DNA from: Blastocladiella emersonii ATCC 22665
Lineage: Eukaryota > Fungi > Blastocladiomycota
Direction of reading: 5' to 3'
NCBI GenBank assembly: GCA_025594325.1
Contig: JANHCV010000009.1
Location: forward strand, 992,001-1,056,000
Length of the DNA stretch: 64,000 nt
Shown: positions 36,577 through 48,528 of the stretch, piece by piece
How the letters are laid out: every line of letters starts with the position of its first letter
Numbering within the stretch: the first letter of the stretch is position 1
Notes under the pieces: generated by a model
Databases searched by the model: none
What the model saw: only the letters and a program-made list of their open reading frames with translations
What the model was told of the DNA's origin: nothing
Translations under genes and position numbers: made by a program

Positions 36577-36672
36577 GTTGAGTTGAGTTGAGGTTGAGGT
36601 TGAGGTTGAGGTTGAGGTTGAGGTTGAGGTCGAGGTCGAGGTTGGGTGGGTGGGTGGAGGGGGGGGGGGGGT
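36577..36672. repeat. (TTGAGG)7(TCGAGG)2 microsatellite followed by G-runs
   Basis: Read directly at 36588-36641, followed by GGGT repeats and a G homopolymer. Confidence 0.9.
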
Positions 36673-36834
36673 TGAAAGCCCAGCACGGAGCGGAGCAGTT
36701 CCTAACGCTACCAGTCGCCAATTATTATTTAAGCTTCATGAAAACAAGCCTCAGGTCCAGGTTTACAGCGCAGAGATGTTCGGGAAGAATCGACTCGATA
36801 GAGTTGCCCCTTGGCTCCACTGGCGGTCCTGGAC

Positions 36835-37392
36835 TCATATATACGGTGCGGGAGCGGCAGGGGCCGCGAGAGGGAACTTGCGCGGACGTTTTCTCCGAAA
36901 CATGGCCTTGATGCGCGCGCGACTTCGGTTGATCATCAACCAATGCGGCGGTTGGAACAACCAGCGACCAGCCTGTGGAAGTTGAGCCGAGGAAATGGTG
37001 TCGTGGGCCGGACCAACTCCTGTGAGCGATTCGGAGGACGCGCTACACAGCGAGGCTGCATATGTCGTTGACAAATTGGCAGTGCTGAACAGTTGCTCGA
37101 CATTAGGTTTGGAGGTGAGACTCGATGGCGGGCGTACGAGCGGAAGCAACAGCTCCAGATGACCGACGAGGTCGGTCATGCTTGGGTCAAGAGCGAAGAA
37201 CGGCGTGCCGGTCAGGCTGACGGCCGCGCTGCGCGTGAACTGAAGCAAGGACAAACAGGCATCATTTGGGACCACCAACAGCTTGTCTTGATTTACCGCT
37301 GGATTCTTGCTGGCCGATACTTTGACAGGCCTGAGAGCGGAACCGCCATCACGGCCATTTGTGGGACGAGGCGTCCCAGGTTCGTTACTCAT
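36835..37392 (-). CDS. Orphan family member 5 (tandem paralog of 37798-38286)
   Basis: AVSLTGTPFFALDPSMTDLVGHLELLLPLVRPP aligns ungapped with TLTLTGEPYPIKCPTVEQFVASFHVLLPLLEAP (11 of 33 identical). Confidence 0.5.
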   Translation of the reverse strand: MSNEPGTPRPTNGRDGGSALRPVKVSASKNPAVNQDKLLVVPNDACLSLLQFTRSAAVSLTGTPFFALDPSMTDLVGHLELLLPLVRPPSSLTSKPNVEQLFSTANLSTTYAASLCSASSESLTGVGPAHDTISSAQLPQAGRWLFQPPHWLMINRSRARIKAMFRRKRPRKFPLAAPAAPAPYI

Positions 37393-37797
37393 TCTACACT
37401 TGGCGCCGCTGAGAAAGTTAGTGACGCCGACGACTTGATAACCGTTGGTTTATAGCGTTCTACCAGTTTAGTCGCGCAAGAGGGAAAACTTTTACGGTAC
37501 AGTACAGCTAAGGAGAAACGAAGCTGAGCTTGATGGTCTGCGACGTTGCTCAACTCTTGGGAGCGAACAAGGAACAGCGAAAGATGTCCTCAGCTGTGAA
37601 AAGGGGGAGTGGGATCTCTTGCTCGGCGTTGAGGCTGCAGTTCCGAGCCGCATCACTACATGCATCAAAGTCCTCACGCATGAGCTCGGGATCCCGGCAC
37701 GTCCAAACGTGACTTTCACCGCCAAGTGCATAATTCATCTTCAAGCTCGAAAATGGCTTCAGCGAAACGCATACCAAAAACGCCAGTTTATTCGGAA

Positions 37798-38286
37798 TCA
37801 TCCCCTATACACCTTGGACCTCGCCAGGATTCGGGCAGCAATTTGTTCCTTGTGCGCGTAATCCACAGACAGTTCCCGTTGAACTGCAGTGACAGGTACC
37901 TCGGGAACGTATATCCATGTTCCCCACAGTCCCCAGCGAGAGAACGTGGTCACCTCCGTCACAGGGTTTCGATCTTGTGGCACGGGTGCCTCGAGGAGCG
38001 GCAGCAAAACGTGAAAGCTCGCGACGAACTGTTCCACAGTCGGACATTTAATCGGGTAGGGTTCGCCAGTGAGAGTCAGAGTGAAGTGTTTAACCAGCTT
38101 GTACAGCCTCTGATAATCAGAGTCCTTGGCCAGCACGTTGATTCCTTCAGCCAGCGCAGGGCTGAGATGCGTCGAGGTCCCTTGGACGTTCCGAACCGGC
38201 TTTGCGGCCTTGTGAGCGCGTCTTTGCTTCTGGGTGATGGTTTTGTGCGCAAGGGGAAGCGGTGCCTGCGAGGACGCCGATGACAT
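37798..38286 (-). CDS. Orphan family member 2
   Basis: Signature block HKAAKPVRNVQGTSTHLSPALAEGINVLAKDSDYQRLYKLVKHF. An alternative upstream ATG lies at 38415. Confidence 0.55.
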   Translation of the reverse strand: MSSASSQAPLPLAHKTITQKQRRAHKAAKPVRNVQGTSTHLSPALAEGINVLAKDSDYQRLYKLVKHFTLTLTGEPYPIKCPTVEQFVASFHVLLPLLEAPVPQDRNPVTEVTTFSRWGLWGTWIYVPEVPVTAVQRELSVDYAHKEQIAARILARSKVYRG

Positions 38287-38756
38287 TCTGTGTGACGAGT
38301 CGGGCGCTGGAAGTCTCGAAACCGCCGTGTCTCGGGGCCAGAAGGTAAAGTACCTGTTGAGAATATGGAATGGAAAGCCCGACGGGTGCGATGTCTTCGG
38401 GCGAGGAGCGGCCATGAGCGAACAGTAATATGAATAACGCGAGCAGGGAGAACCAATGAATCTTTACGCCGGGTCGTGGTTTGGCCAGCTGAGCCAACGG
38501 CTCTACTTAATGTTCTGCTGCCACAAGTGCATATATCAGTCTCGCAGTAATGCGGTTGGTTTTGAGCAATGCGCGAGACGTCACTGCACTTCAACAGCGG
38601 CGTGATTCTGGACTAGCTCACGCCTGCGACACCCATATCGCACGCGAAGTAAATGAGCACGAATGACCAACATGTACGTCGGTCGTAATGCTAATTTTTG
38701 CGCAGCTTCCGGTGGCCTACATGCACTCACGTTGCTAAACCTAGTGTCGGCTTATG

Positions 38757-38780
38757 CAAGACGTGATGGAAATCACGTGA
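38757..38780 (-). repeat. Island motif, degenerate copy: TCACGTG-ATTTCCAT-CACGTCTTG
   Basis: The heptamer is exact and the spacer resembles that of the 40436 copy (ATTTCCCA). The nonamer is degraded. Confidence 0.45.
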
Positions 38781-39113
38781 GGAGACACGACGCGTTGCGC
38801 CACACCGCTGATGTGACATGAGATGTGGACTATTCCAATAAGACGGCGGCGTAAATCAGTTTGAGGCAGTTTAGTGTGGACAAAAGTGAGCAAGCTCGGC
38901 CTTGATCGCTCCAATCCAGTCATTGAGCGCGGTGGGCACAAGGCCAAGCGCCGCGCATAGCCTTGGCCTCGTGCTCGATCCCGCTCTCCTGGTGCTCCGC
39001 TCTTTCAACAACATTTTCAGCAGCGGACATGAAAATCAAATCAAATTAATTGAATCGAATGCTTAAAACAACTAATGTCCAGGGCAACCATTAAAGAAAA
39101 AACACGTCATGCT

Positions 39114-40121
39114 CTACGCTTCCTCGACAGACGCAATCGGCGGCTCAGGTTCTGCTTCCGACTCGAGTGTTTGGGCCTCAAACGACCGGATCGCGCTGTC
39201 GATACGCTCGTCCAGTGCGCGCACAATGCAAGGGCGCAGGGCCTTCATAAGGTCGGCACACTCAAGCATCTGAGCCAAGTTGAGGCACTTGGTCAGGACG
39301 TCAAAGTGTTTGAGCTCCTCGATGTCGGTTCCAAACTTGGTGAAGATGCCAGCAATCTCGACAGGAGGTTCCATTACAGTCGGGACCCAGCCAGTGTACA
39401 AGTGCGCGAGCGCTAGAAGAAACTCCGGGAGGCCCCACTCGGTCATTGAAATCGGTTCCTTGGCGGCGGCGGATTCAGCCCAGTTGCCGCAAAACATGGT
39501 GGTAAAGAAGGCAGACCGTGCGCCCAGGATCGAGCGCGAAGCGTGAATAGGCTTGGTGGTGTCGCCGGCGATGAATGACACGTCGCACAAGTTTTGATTT
39601 CCAAGCGTCGAAAGCAAAGTGAAGTCCATGTTGAGTTTCTGGGACATGGCGGTAGTTGAAGGAGTGTCACTCACGGTAACACGCAGCTGTACGCCGTACG
39701 CATACGAAGGCATGACCATGTCCATGAATGTCCCGTAGACCGAATCAAGTTGGCACGGGTGAACAAGGACGGTACATTGACCCTCGTCACGGTACGTTGC
39801 GCAAACTGTAATTTTGACCTCGAAAGTGCGGGTAATTTCATCCAACGGAAAGAGTGTCAGAGTAACCGCCACGGTATTCTCGCGAAACCCGCGGTAGAAG
39901 GTGAGAAAGAATGTTCCGCTTCCAATTGTTGGTGGAAGTGATGCAGAAGTCGACCTAAAGCCATTTGTAATCTTTGTGTTGCTGCCCGAAACGTTTTTGA
40001 ACGTGTAGACGTGACCGCTTTCAGCGGTATCAAACCAAACAAATTCGAAGGCAGTCTAAAAGAACCGTTGTGAGCGGCATCCAGTGCGAGTGCTGACTGA
40101 AGTACATGCAGGCAGATCCAT
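39114..40121 (-). CDS. MATH-like + BTB/POZ protein
   Basis: BTB core LGNQNLCDVSFIAGD...IHASRSILGARSAFFTTMFCGNWAES...EPI...HLYTGWVP. The frame stays open upstream to a TTTTAG acceptor, with a short first exon MDLPA at 40121. Confidence 0.8.
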
Positions 40122-40383
40122 GGTTTCAGGCGGAGAAATTCGGTGACGGTAAGTTCGATAGAGGAGGGAGGAAGGAGCGCGGGTGTATTTGTACGCACAT
40201 GCAATGAGCAGATGTCGCGCATAACAGCTAGTGAGAGATGTCAGTCGTGCGGTCAGTAAAGGAGTTACTCCTGAAACCTTTCCCTGATTAGACAGGAGTG
40301 CTCCCTTTCGCGAAAACGCGTATGAGACCCGCATAGCGTACCACGAATTGGCCTGCCGGGATTTCTTGTGCAACGACGATCTG

Positions 40384-40419
40384 GTGCGAGACGGCGTGCG
40401 AGACGGCGTGCGAGACGGC
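40384..40419. repeat. (GTGCGAGACGGC)3 12-bp tandem array next to an island motif
   Basis: Three exact units. Each contains GAGACG, the reverse complement of part of the motif nonamer. Confidence 0.9.
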
Positions 40420-40435
40420 GCGCGCCTGGGCGTGC

Positions 40436-40459
40436 GAGACGCGTTGGGAAATCATGTGA
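40436..40459 (-). repeat. Island motif copy (inverted): TCACATG-ATTTCCCA-ACGCGTCTC
   Basis: Exact consensus match on the minus strand, about 310 bp upstream of the BTB gene. Confidence 0.85.
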
Positions 40460-40569
40460 CGTGTGGCGCCTGTCAAATCTGTCCGGTGAGCCACGAGCGC
40501 GGAGATCAAGCAAGCTGCTCGGCTTCCTCCCCTCCCCTCCTCTCCTCGCCACTGTCACCAAACCACACC

Positions 40570-43500
40570 ATGAACTCTGTCGATCGCGGCCTCGAGCTGC
40601 GCCTCGCGTCGCCGGCCGCGCCCGTAGTGCGCCAGGCGGTGGGCGAGCTGCTTTCGCGGCCCGAGCCGCACGGCGCCAACGACGTGCTCGCCCTCGTCCA
40701 GTCGCCCGCCACCTCGCCGCTCGCACGCACCCTCGCCTGCAACGCCCTGCGCGCCCACATGGTCGCCGTCCTCGACCGCGCCGCCGCGTCCACCACGGGA
40801 ACAACCAAGTCGCGCCGCCCCGACGCCACGGCCGCCAAGTCGGCGTCGGCGACGATCCGCGCCGTCGCCATGCAGCTCGCGCACTGGCCAGAGTCCTCGG
40901 CTGCGTTCGCTGCCGGCGCGCAGCTCCTCGTCGAGCTGTTCGTCTACCCGGGCCTGCACCTCGACGCCCGCGAGAACCCGCTCCTCGCCGTGCTCGCCGA
41001 GAGCCCCGACGCCAGCGGCGCCGTGTGGCGCGCCATCGCGCAGTGGGTCGCTCGCACCTGCCGCTCCGCTGCTGCGACTACCGAGACTACCGCGGCGGCT
41101 TCGGCCGAGTCGCTCGAGCGCGCGGTCCCGCGCCTGCTGCCCGTGCTCGCCCACCTCGTCCTGTGTCCGAACGCGACCCTCGGCACCAACAACGTCCCCG
41201 CGCCCAAGCGGTTCCCCGTCCCGCTCTCGCAGATCGCCGATACCTGCCTCCTGCTCCTGCGCACCCCGACCGCCGCCGCGGTCCACGGGAGCGTCATGGA
41301 CGCGCTCAAGGCGTGGACCCTTGCCCTGCCGCCGATCGCCAACGAGCGCGATCCTGCGCGCGACGCCTGGCTCGAGCACCTCGTGAGCTCGGGGCTCGAT
41401 TCGCCTGAGGACGGGAGTGGACTCGACTTCGGCGTCGTCACCGAGCTCCTCGTCTCGGACGCCGTCGACCGCAAGTATGGCGCCCTCGACACGACGCCGT
41501 CTGTCGAGCTGCTCCTGCGCGTGCTCAGCCGCGAGGACGCGGCGCTGACGCCCCACCGCCGCGAGATGCTCGTCGCGTGCCTCGCCTTCGTGCTCCTCGA
41601 CAGCACCCTCGCCGAGCCGCTCATTCACCGCGTGCTGCAGCTTCTCCTCGGCATCGTCCTCGACGGGCCCATGCACCCGGCCGTGGCGTCCATGCTCGTC
41701 ATTCCAGCGCTGCAGTACCAGGCCCACGCCGACCTCGACCTGCGCCAGGCATCGCGCGCGCTCCTCGATGCCGTCGAGGCAAGCTCCCCCACCGAGTCCC
41801 ACTCGCTCGCTTCCGTGGACGCTGCCGTTGGCGTCCTCGCCGCCGGGATCCTCAACGACGCCGCTGCGTGCAACGCCGCTCTCGCCTCGGGCATCCCGCA
41901 CCGCGTTCTCGTCTTCCCCGCGGCCTTTACCGCCGACCCGACCGCCGCCGCGCAGCTCCTCGACGTCGCCGCCGACGGCGACAACGCGCTCGAGCCGCAC
42001 GCGCACCACCTGTTCCCGTACGCGCTGCACCACCTGCAGCACTCGAGCTCGGGTCCCGGCGCGCTCGCCGTGATTCAGGACCTGCTCCCGCGCCTCGTGG
42101 CGTCGCGCAGCCCCATGATCGTCTCCAAGGTCCTCGCCGTGCTGTCGGCGTGGGCCAAGGCGCACCAGGCGCGCCCCGCGGTCGCGCTCGCCGCCTTTGT
42201 TGCCCTGTTCCGCGCGTGGAAGGCGTGGAACCGGTCGTACCCGACCCTGCGCGACGCCATGTCGTACTACCTGTCGGCGCAGGGCGTGGTGCGCGCAAAG
42301 CGCGGGTCGGCGATTGACCAGGCGCACCGCGACCTCGAGCTCGGGCTCGCGGTCCTTTTGAGGGATGCGCTGCGCGACGAGTCGCTGACGTTCGGCCAGG
42401 TCGACGACGCCGCGCTGTTCCTGACGCGGTTCATCCAGCTGCCGTCCCTCGCGCCTGCCACTCTGGAAATCCTCATCGACGGCTGCACGCTCGGCGCGGC
42501 CCGTGGCATGTTCGAGGCCGACGGCATGTGGAACCTGACGCTCGCCCCCGTCGCGGTGCGCGCGCTCGGCCTGCCGCGCGTCACCCGCGCGATGCTCCCC
42601 ATTTACCGCGCGCTCGCCGCGTACCTCCCGCACCTCGACGCCGAGCACCTGCGGTCGACGGTCGTCGAGGCCCTCGTCTACCCGTTCATTCCGTTCGCGC
42701 CCGTCGTCGACCACTGCGACACGCGCATGCGCGACGACGGGTCCGAGGAGGACATGCCCGTGTACAAGCCCAAGGTTAGTGGGGTTGCGCCCGATCTCGT
42801 CGCCGCGGCGCTCGACGCCCTCGTCGCGCTGCCTGTCGCCGAGATCCAGCGCTGGATCCCCGACAAGGTCCCCGAGACATGCCAGATTTTGCTGGCCGGG
42901 ATCCAGCAGCCCGAGCACGCGGCGCTCGCCCGCGCGCACGCTGGCGTCCTGCGCCGCCTCCTCGAGCACGAGGCCGACGAGATCCCGCGCAGTTTGTTCC
43001 TCGGCCGCCCCGGTACCGAGTCGGCAGCGTCTGCGGCCGGCTCCGAGTTGGACCTGACCCGGTCGTCGGCGTCGACGTCGATCGAGGCCGATATCAGCGC
43101 GGCGCGCGCCAAGCTGGTGGTCCTCGGCATCAAGTCGCCCGCGATCCTGTCGGCGGCGTCGCGCGTCGCCGTCCTGCCCGTCGCGACCGAGCTCGGCTCG
43201 TTTGTCGGCGCGTCTCTCGCGGACGGCACGTTCGACCACCACCTGATGCACCGGCTCATGGCGGTCCCCATGTACCAGCGGCACTACGCGACGCACCTGC
43301 CGTCGCTGCCGACGGCGGTCCTGGGGGCTACGGCGCCGCCGCACGCCGCGCTCCTGGCGGCGCTCGTGCGCGGGTTCACGGCCGCCGATATGGTCAACGT
43401 CAAGGCCAACGCCATGTTCGCGATGAGCGGGCTCGCCCTCGCGCTCCACGCCATGCACCACGAGGACGCGCCCGCGGTCGCTGAGTTTGTGTTCTCGTTC

Positions 43501-45973
43501 CTCGTCCAGCGGTTCCTCGTCGTCCCCGACGGCGTCGAGCCCGTCGTGGTCGCGGTGCCCAGCGACGTGGCCCGGTTCGCGCTCGAGCCCGCCGACGCCG
43601 AGGCCCTGTTCACCCGCGATACCGCGGATGTCAGCGTCGACGAGCTCCAGGCCGCTGCCGCACACTGTCTCGGTCACCTGTCCAATGTCGCGGGCGCCGA
43701 ACATGTCGTGGCGGCCCTCGTCGAGCACTTGATCAAGCTCGTTGACGAGGAGACGTACGTTTTCGTTACTCTCGCTTTCGAGACTCCCCCGGCTCACACA
43801 TTCCCGTATCCGATGTAGCAACTGGAGCGGCTTCTCCGCGGCCTTCTCGCTGTGCATGGTCCTGGGCCACAAGTTCGCGTCGCGCACCGACATCCCGGCG
43901 CACCTCGCCCGCGTGCAGTCCTACCTCGAGGCGCACGCGACGCGCAAGCTCGCGTTCCTGCCCATCAAGAAGGCCGTGGGTCTCGCCATGGGCGTCGCAT
44001 ACGCATCCCGCGCGCGCGCCGACGCGGTCCCGCGGTCCGTCATCGAGTACGCGCGGTCCGCCGTCGCGGGCTTCGACGCGGACATCCCGCTGCGCGCCGC
44101 GTGCGCGTCGTGGATCCTCCTGCAGACGCGCGAGGAGACGGACCTCGAGGCCGTCGCGAAACTCGCGGGCGTGATCGACGCGGTCGCCGATATCAACACG
44201 CGCGGGCACCTTATGGCCACGTCGGCCGCGGCGACGGCGCAGCTCGATGCGGGTGCCACGGCGCCGCTCGTCGCCCACCACCTCGCCGGCTGGCTCAAGC
44301 CCGGCACCGCGCCCGCGTACCGGATCAACCACGGCCTCGCGCTGTTCGCGGCGCTCGGGTTCGATTTCGTGGACCCAGGCGCGTCCGCCGCGCATCCCGC
44401 TGCGCGCGCGGCCGGCGCCGCGGTCCTGCCGAAGCTCCTCGACCTCGTTGGGTGCGGGCCCGCGGGCACCGCCAAGTTCGCGGCGACCAACGCGCGCCTC
44501 GCCAAGGTGTGCCTCCCGTTCCTCGCGTGGACCGTCAGCCAGTGGAGCGGCGCCGGGTCCGCCGCCGCCGCCGCGGTCCGGTCGACCGCCGTCAAGGAGC
44601 CCGCGGACCTCGCCCGACTCGAGCGCGACGCGTACGTCCTGCGCAACGTGTTCGACGCGCTCGCGCCGCTCGCCAAGGATACCCCGGTGCCTGCCGCGCA
44701 CGTGCTCGTCGGCGCGCTCGCGGATGTCCGCAAGCCGCTCCCGCTCGTCAACTGGTACCCGGTCCTCGATGCAGTCCGCGCGCAGGGTTTTGGGGAAGTC
44801 GCGTGGCGGTTCGCCGCCGCGCACGCGCCGTCGTCGTACTCGGCGCTGCAGTACCTGCTCGACGGGACGGGCCGCGTCGCGAAGTCCGCAGGCGAGTGGG
44901 CGCTCGCCGTCTCGCGCGACCACGGGCTCGGCGTGCTCATGGGCATGGCGGGTCTGCGCCGCACCCCACTCGACGTGCGCGGGCGCAAGGGCGCCGTCGT
45001 GACCGTGCCCGAGGAGACGCTCGCGCAGGTCGTGGTGGGATTGCTCGGCGACCTGTTTGGCGACACGGCAGTCCGCGGGCGCCCGCGGCCGGTGCTCCCG
45101 CCCAATGCCGCCGTCGGGCTGCAGACTTCGCTGCTCGAGACGATCGGCGCCAACGTCCCGCTGACCCCCGCCGCCGACGGCGTGCACGCGCGAATCACCG
45201 GGATCATGACCACGTTCCTCGACCGCCACCCGACGCTCACGCCGCCGCAGACGCGCGCCGTCGTCGAGCACTTTGTGTTCAGCTACGCGTCGGCCGAACT
45301 GCTCACGTCGCCCGCGCTGCGCGCCGCGCCGCAGGCCGAGCTCGTCCACGCCGTCGTGACGGCCGCGCACCTCGTCGACCTGGCCCGTTCCCGCCCCGCG
45401 ACGGCCCCCGTCCCGCGCCACCTCGCGCCGGCCACGATGCTCGGGTGGGCGGTCCACGCGCTGCTCGACGCGGGCGTGTGGTCGGGCGATGTCGTGGCGC
45501 TGCTCCGCCGCGTGCTCGTCGGGCTGATCGAGTCGGCGACCGCGCCCGAGGACAAGAAGGGCGAGCTCGCGCCCGCCGAGATCGCACGGGCGAACGCCAA
45601 GGCGCGCAACGCGGCGCGCGACGAGTGGGTCGTCCGCGTGCTCGACCTCGCGCTGCTTCTGCATGCGACGTCCAAGGACGCGCGCGCCGTGGAGTGCGCC
45701 GTGCGCGAGTTTCTTCTCCCGCTGCTCACGCGTTCCGCGGCGGGGAAGGGTGGGGACTGGAAGACGCAGCTCGCCTTCGAGCTCGCGGCGGCGCTCGACG
45801 CGGACCGTGGCGGGAACGGTAACGACCACTCGTGCGTCAATCGCGTCCTCAAGCGGTTCGGCGCGCTCGCGGAGGCGCGGCCCGACGAGTACGCTGCCGC
45901 GACGCGCGGCGTGTTTGCGCGGTTCCGGTACCACGACGAGGCGGCACGGCAGTGGCAGAGCTGGGCCATGTGA
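40570..45973 (+). CDS. Large HEAT/ARM alpha-solenoid protein, probable focadhesin (FOCAD/RST1)-like
   Basis: About 1800 aa, all helical, with one intron (about 43757-43817). Segments such as KANAMFAMSGLALAL and FASRTDIPAHLARV, plus the size and architecture, resemble focadhesin. The family call is from memory only. Confidence 0.5.
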
Positions 45974-46015
45974 TGTGAGCACGGTGTTGTTGAGTAGAGT
46001 AGATATAGTTTGTAT

Positions 46016-48328
46016 TCATTCGTCGTCGTCAAACGAGATCTCGCCCTCATCGACCGCGAGCGCCGACGGGTCAGGCACCGTCCACGCAGCCGCGCCGATT
46101 GGGTCGATCACGACGTCGCTGTCAAGGACCACGTCCTCGCCGACCAGCGGCGCCGGGCCGTCGTACACGGACAGCCCCGCGCCCTCGTCCTCATCATCGT
46201 CGCTGCCGAGCTCGAGATCGACGTCAGCGCGCAGCTCGCGGGCGATCGCGTCGAGGTCGGGCACCGGCTCGGTCTTGACCACCACGGGCTCGGGCACCTC
46301 GTCGCCGCGCCACAAGAGCCCGTCGGCAAAGAAGCGGTTGTTGACGACGAACCGGAGGCACTGGAGCAGGTGCGAGTGCTCGATGCGCATCTCGCGCTCG
46401 AGGAGCCGCGCGAGCAGCGGCTTGCGCCGGCCCTTGCCCGCGTACATGCCAGGCGCCGCGGCGGCGGTCGCGGGACCCGAGCTGGACGCGGAACCGCCGT
46501 GCTTGTCGCCGCCGCGGGGCAGGCACCCGTTGTCGTGGCGGTACTTGCACGCGTCGCCGTTGCGGCAATTGCCGCGCTTCCAGAACCTGCAGATGGAGGT
46601 ACTGCGCTCGGCGTAGCCGTCGTCCTCCTCGTCGCCGTCACCCACGCGGCGGACGGTGGCGGGCATCGAGTCGGGCGCGTCGTCATTGTCATCGTCGCTC
46701 ACGAGCTTCTGCTCGCCGTTCTCGTCGGTCGTGTACCGCGGGCGCTTCTCGCGGGGTGGCGGGGCGAGGTCCGAGTCGGCGGCGGCGGCACCGCGCTTGC
46801 GGCGCTGCTTGTCGGCGGGGTTGACGAGCTCGCCGCGCGCGATGCGGGCCTGGCGCTCGGCCGCCTTCTTCTGGATGTTGGCGTCGGTCGGGTACCGCTT
46901 CTTGCGCTCGGCGATCCACTTGGCGAGGTCCTCGGGGGTGTCGAGGCGGATGGTGCCGGGCGGGAGCTCCTTGGGCGCCTTGGGAACACTGTACGGCGAG
47001 GCGGTTTCGTCAGCGACAGCGTCCCGTGAGATCTCGAGGAGCAGCGGGGCGTACCCAAGCCCATGCTCGTCCTCCTCGTGCTGCTTGACGACGCGCTCCG
47101 AGCCGGCAAAGGGGCACTGCGAGCAGGTGCGGTGCTTGCTGAGGTGGTTGCGCAGCTGCGTGTGGTTGGTGAACTTCTTGTCGCACGCGTCGCAGTCGAA
47201 CGAGGTCGGCGGGCTAGACACAGAAATATACAGGGTATCCTGATTCAGTCTCCCACTGGACTAGTCGGAATCCACCTCGTATGCGACAGCAACGCACCCA
47301 ATCGACGGCATCGGCGGCAGCGACGCGTGGGCGGGCTGACCGCTGCGCCCCGCACTCGAGGACGCCTGGCTCCGCGCGGGCGCGGGCGCCGGCGCCGACG
47401 CAGCAGAAGCGGTCGCGGCCGCGGGCCAGAACGGCGTCGCGATCGGCGGCTCCGCCGGCGGCCCGGTCTCGTCGACCATGGGGCCGGGGATGAAGACGGG
47501 CGGCGCCGGGGCCTCGGTGCGCACGCCGGGCAGCATCTCCTCGAGACGCGCGGACGACGACGACGAGGCCCCCGAGCGGCGCGGCGGCGACGTGACGGCC
47601 TCGAGGCGGCGGTTGCGTTCGATGACGCGCTTCTTGCGCTGCGACGGCTCGTTGGCCTGCGGGTACGCCATGGCGCCGTACGCGATGTTGCCCGACCACG
47701 ACGGCGTGGGCACGCCCGACCACGACGGCGTGGGCACGCCCGGCGCGGGGGCGGCGGGCGCGGCGGGGGCGGGAGCTGGGGCGGGTGCGGGGACCGGGGC
47801 GGGGGCGGGGGCAGGGGCCGCCATGCCGCCGTACGCGGTCGCGTACGCCGAGTGCGCGGGCGCAGGCGCGGGTGCAGCGGCGGCGCCGTATGCGCTCGGG
47901 TACGCGGGGGCCGCAGGAACAGGAGCGGATGCGGCGGGCGCGTGGCCGCCCAGCAGCGCGGCGTTTTGGGCCTGGAGCTGCTGCAGCAGTTGCAGTTGCT
48001 AAAGTCGCGCGTCAAGCCGGTTAGCGGGCGCGGCCTAAACGGGTTCATGGAGGAAAGACGCACCTGCTGCATGAGCTGAGCCATCATCAGCTGCTGCTGG
48101 ATGGGCGTATTCGGGTTCGCCGGTGCTCCTGCCGCAGGCTGCTGGGCCACGGCCGACATGGCCTGCTGCTGCATGACGGCCATTTGCTGGAGCTGCATCT
48201 GGACCCCCTGCAACGCGGACATGGGCTGCTGCTGCTGCTGAGGCGGTGGGGCCGGTTGCGCGTAGTGCTGGTGCTGAGGCGGCGCCGGTGCATAGTGCGA
48301 CTGCTGCTGGGTCGGGTAGTGGTACTGC

Positions 48329-48361
<33 letters not shown>

Positions 48362-48528
48362 TGGCGGCGCTGCTCCATCATGATCATTTCGTGCGCCATG
48401 GTCGCCGAGCCGCCACCGCCGCTGGGCCGGCTCGAGGGTGCGGCGCCGTAGCCCGCCGGTGGCGGCGCAGCGGGCGTGGGCGGGTACTGCGGGTACTGAG
48501 ACCGCTGCGGGTTGTGGTTGTTGTTCAT
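46016..48528 (-). CDS. NUFIP1: NUFIP1/Rsa1 snoRNP assembly factor with C2H2 and CCCH zinc fingers and a Q/P/A-rich N-terminus (3 exons)
   Basis: CDACDKKF...HLSKH C2H2 finger, LDTPEDLAKWIAERKKRYPT NUFIP1 motif, CRFWKRGNCRNGDACKYRH, and LLARLL...LLQCLRFVVNNRFF. Confidence 0.82.

Noticed and set aside
48222-48365. CAG/CTG trinucleotide run
   Set aside because: It encodes an ordinary poly-Gln tract in the NUFIP1 N-terminus.
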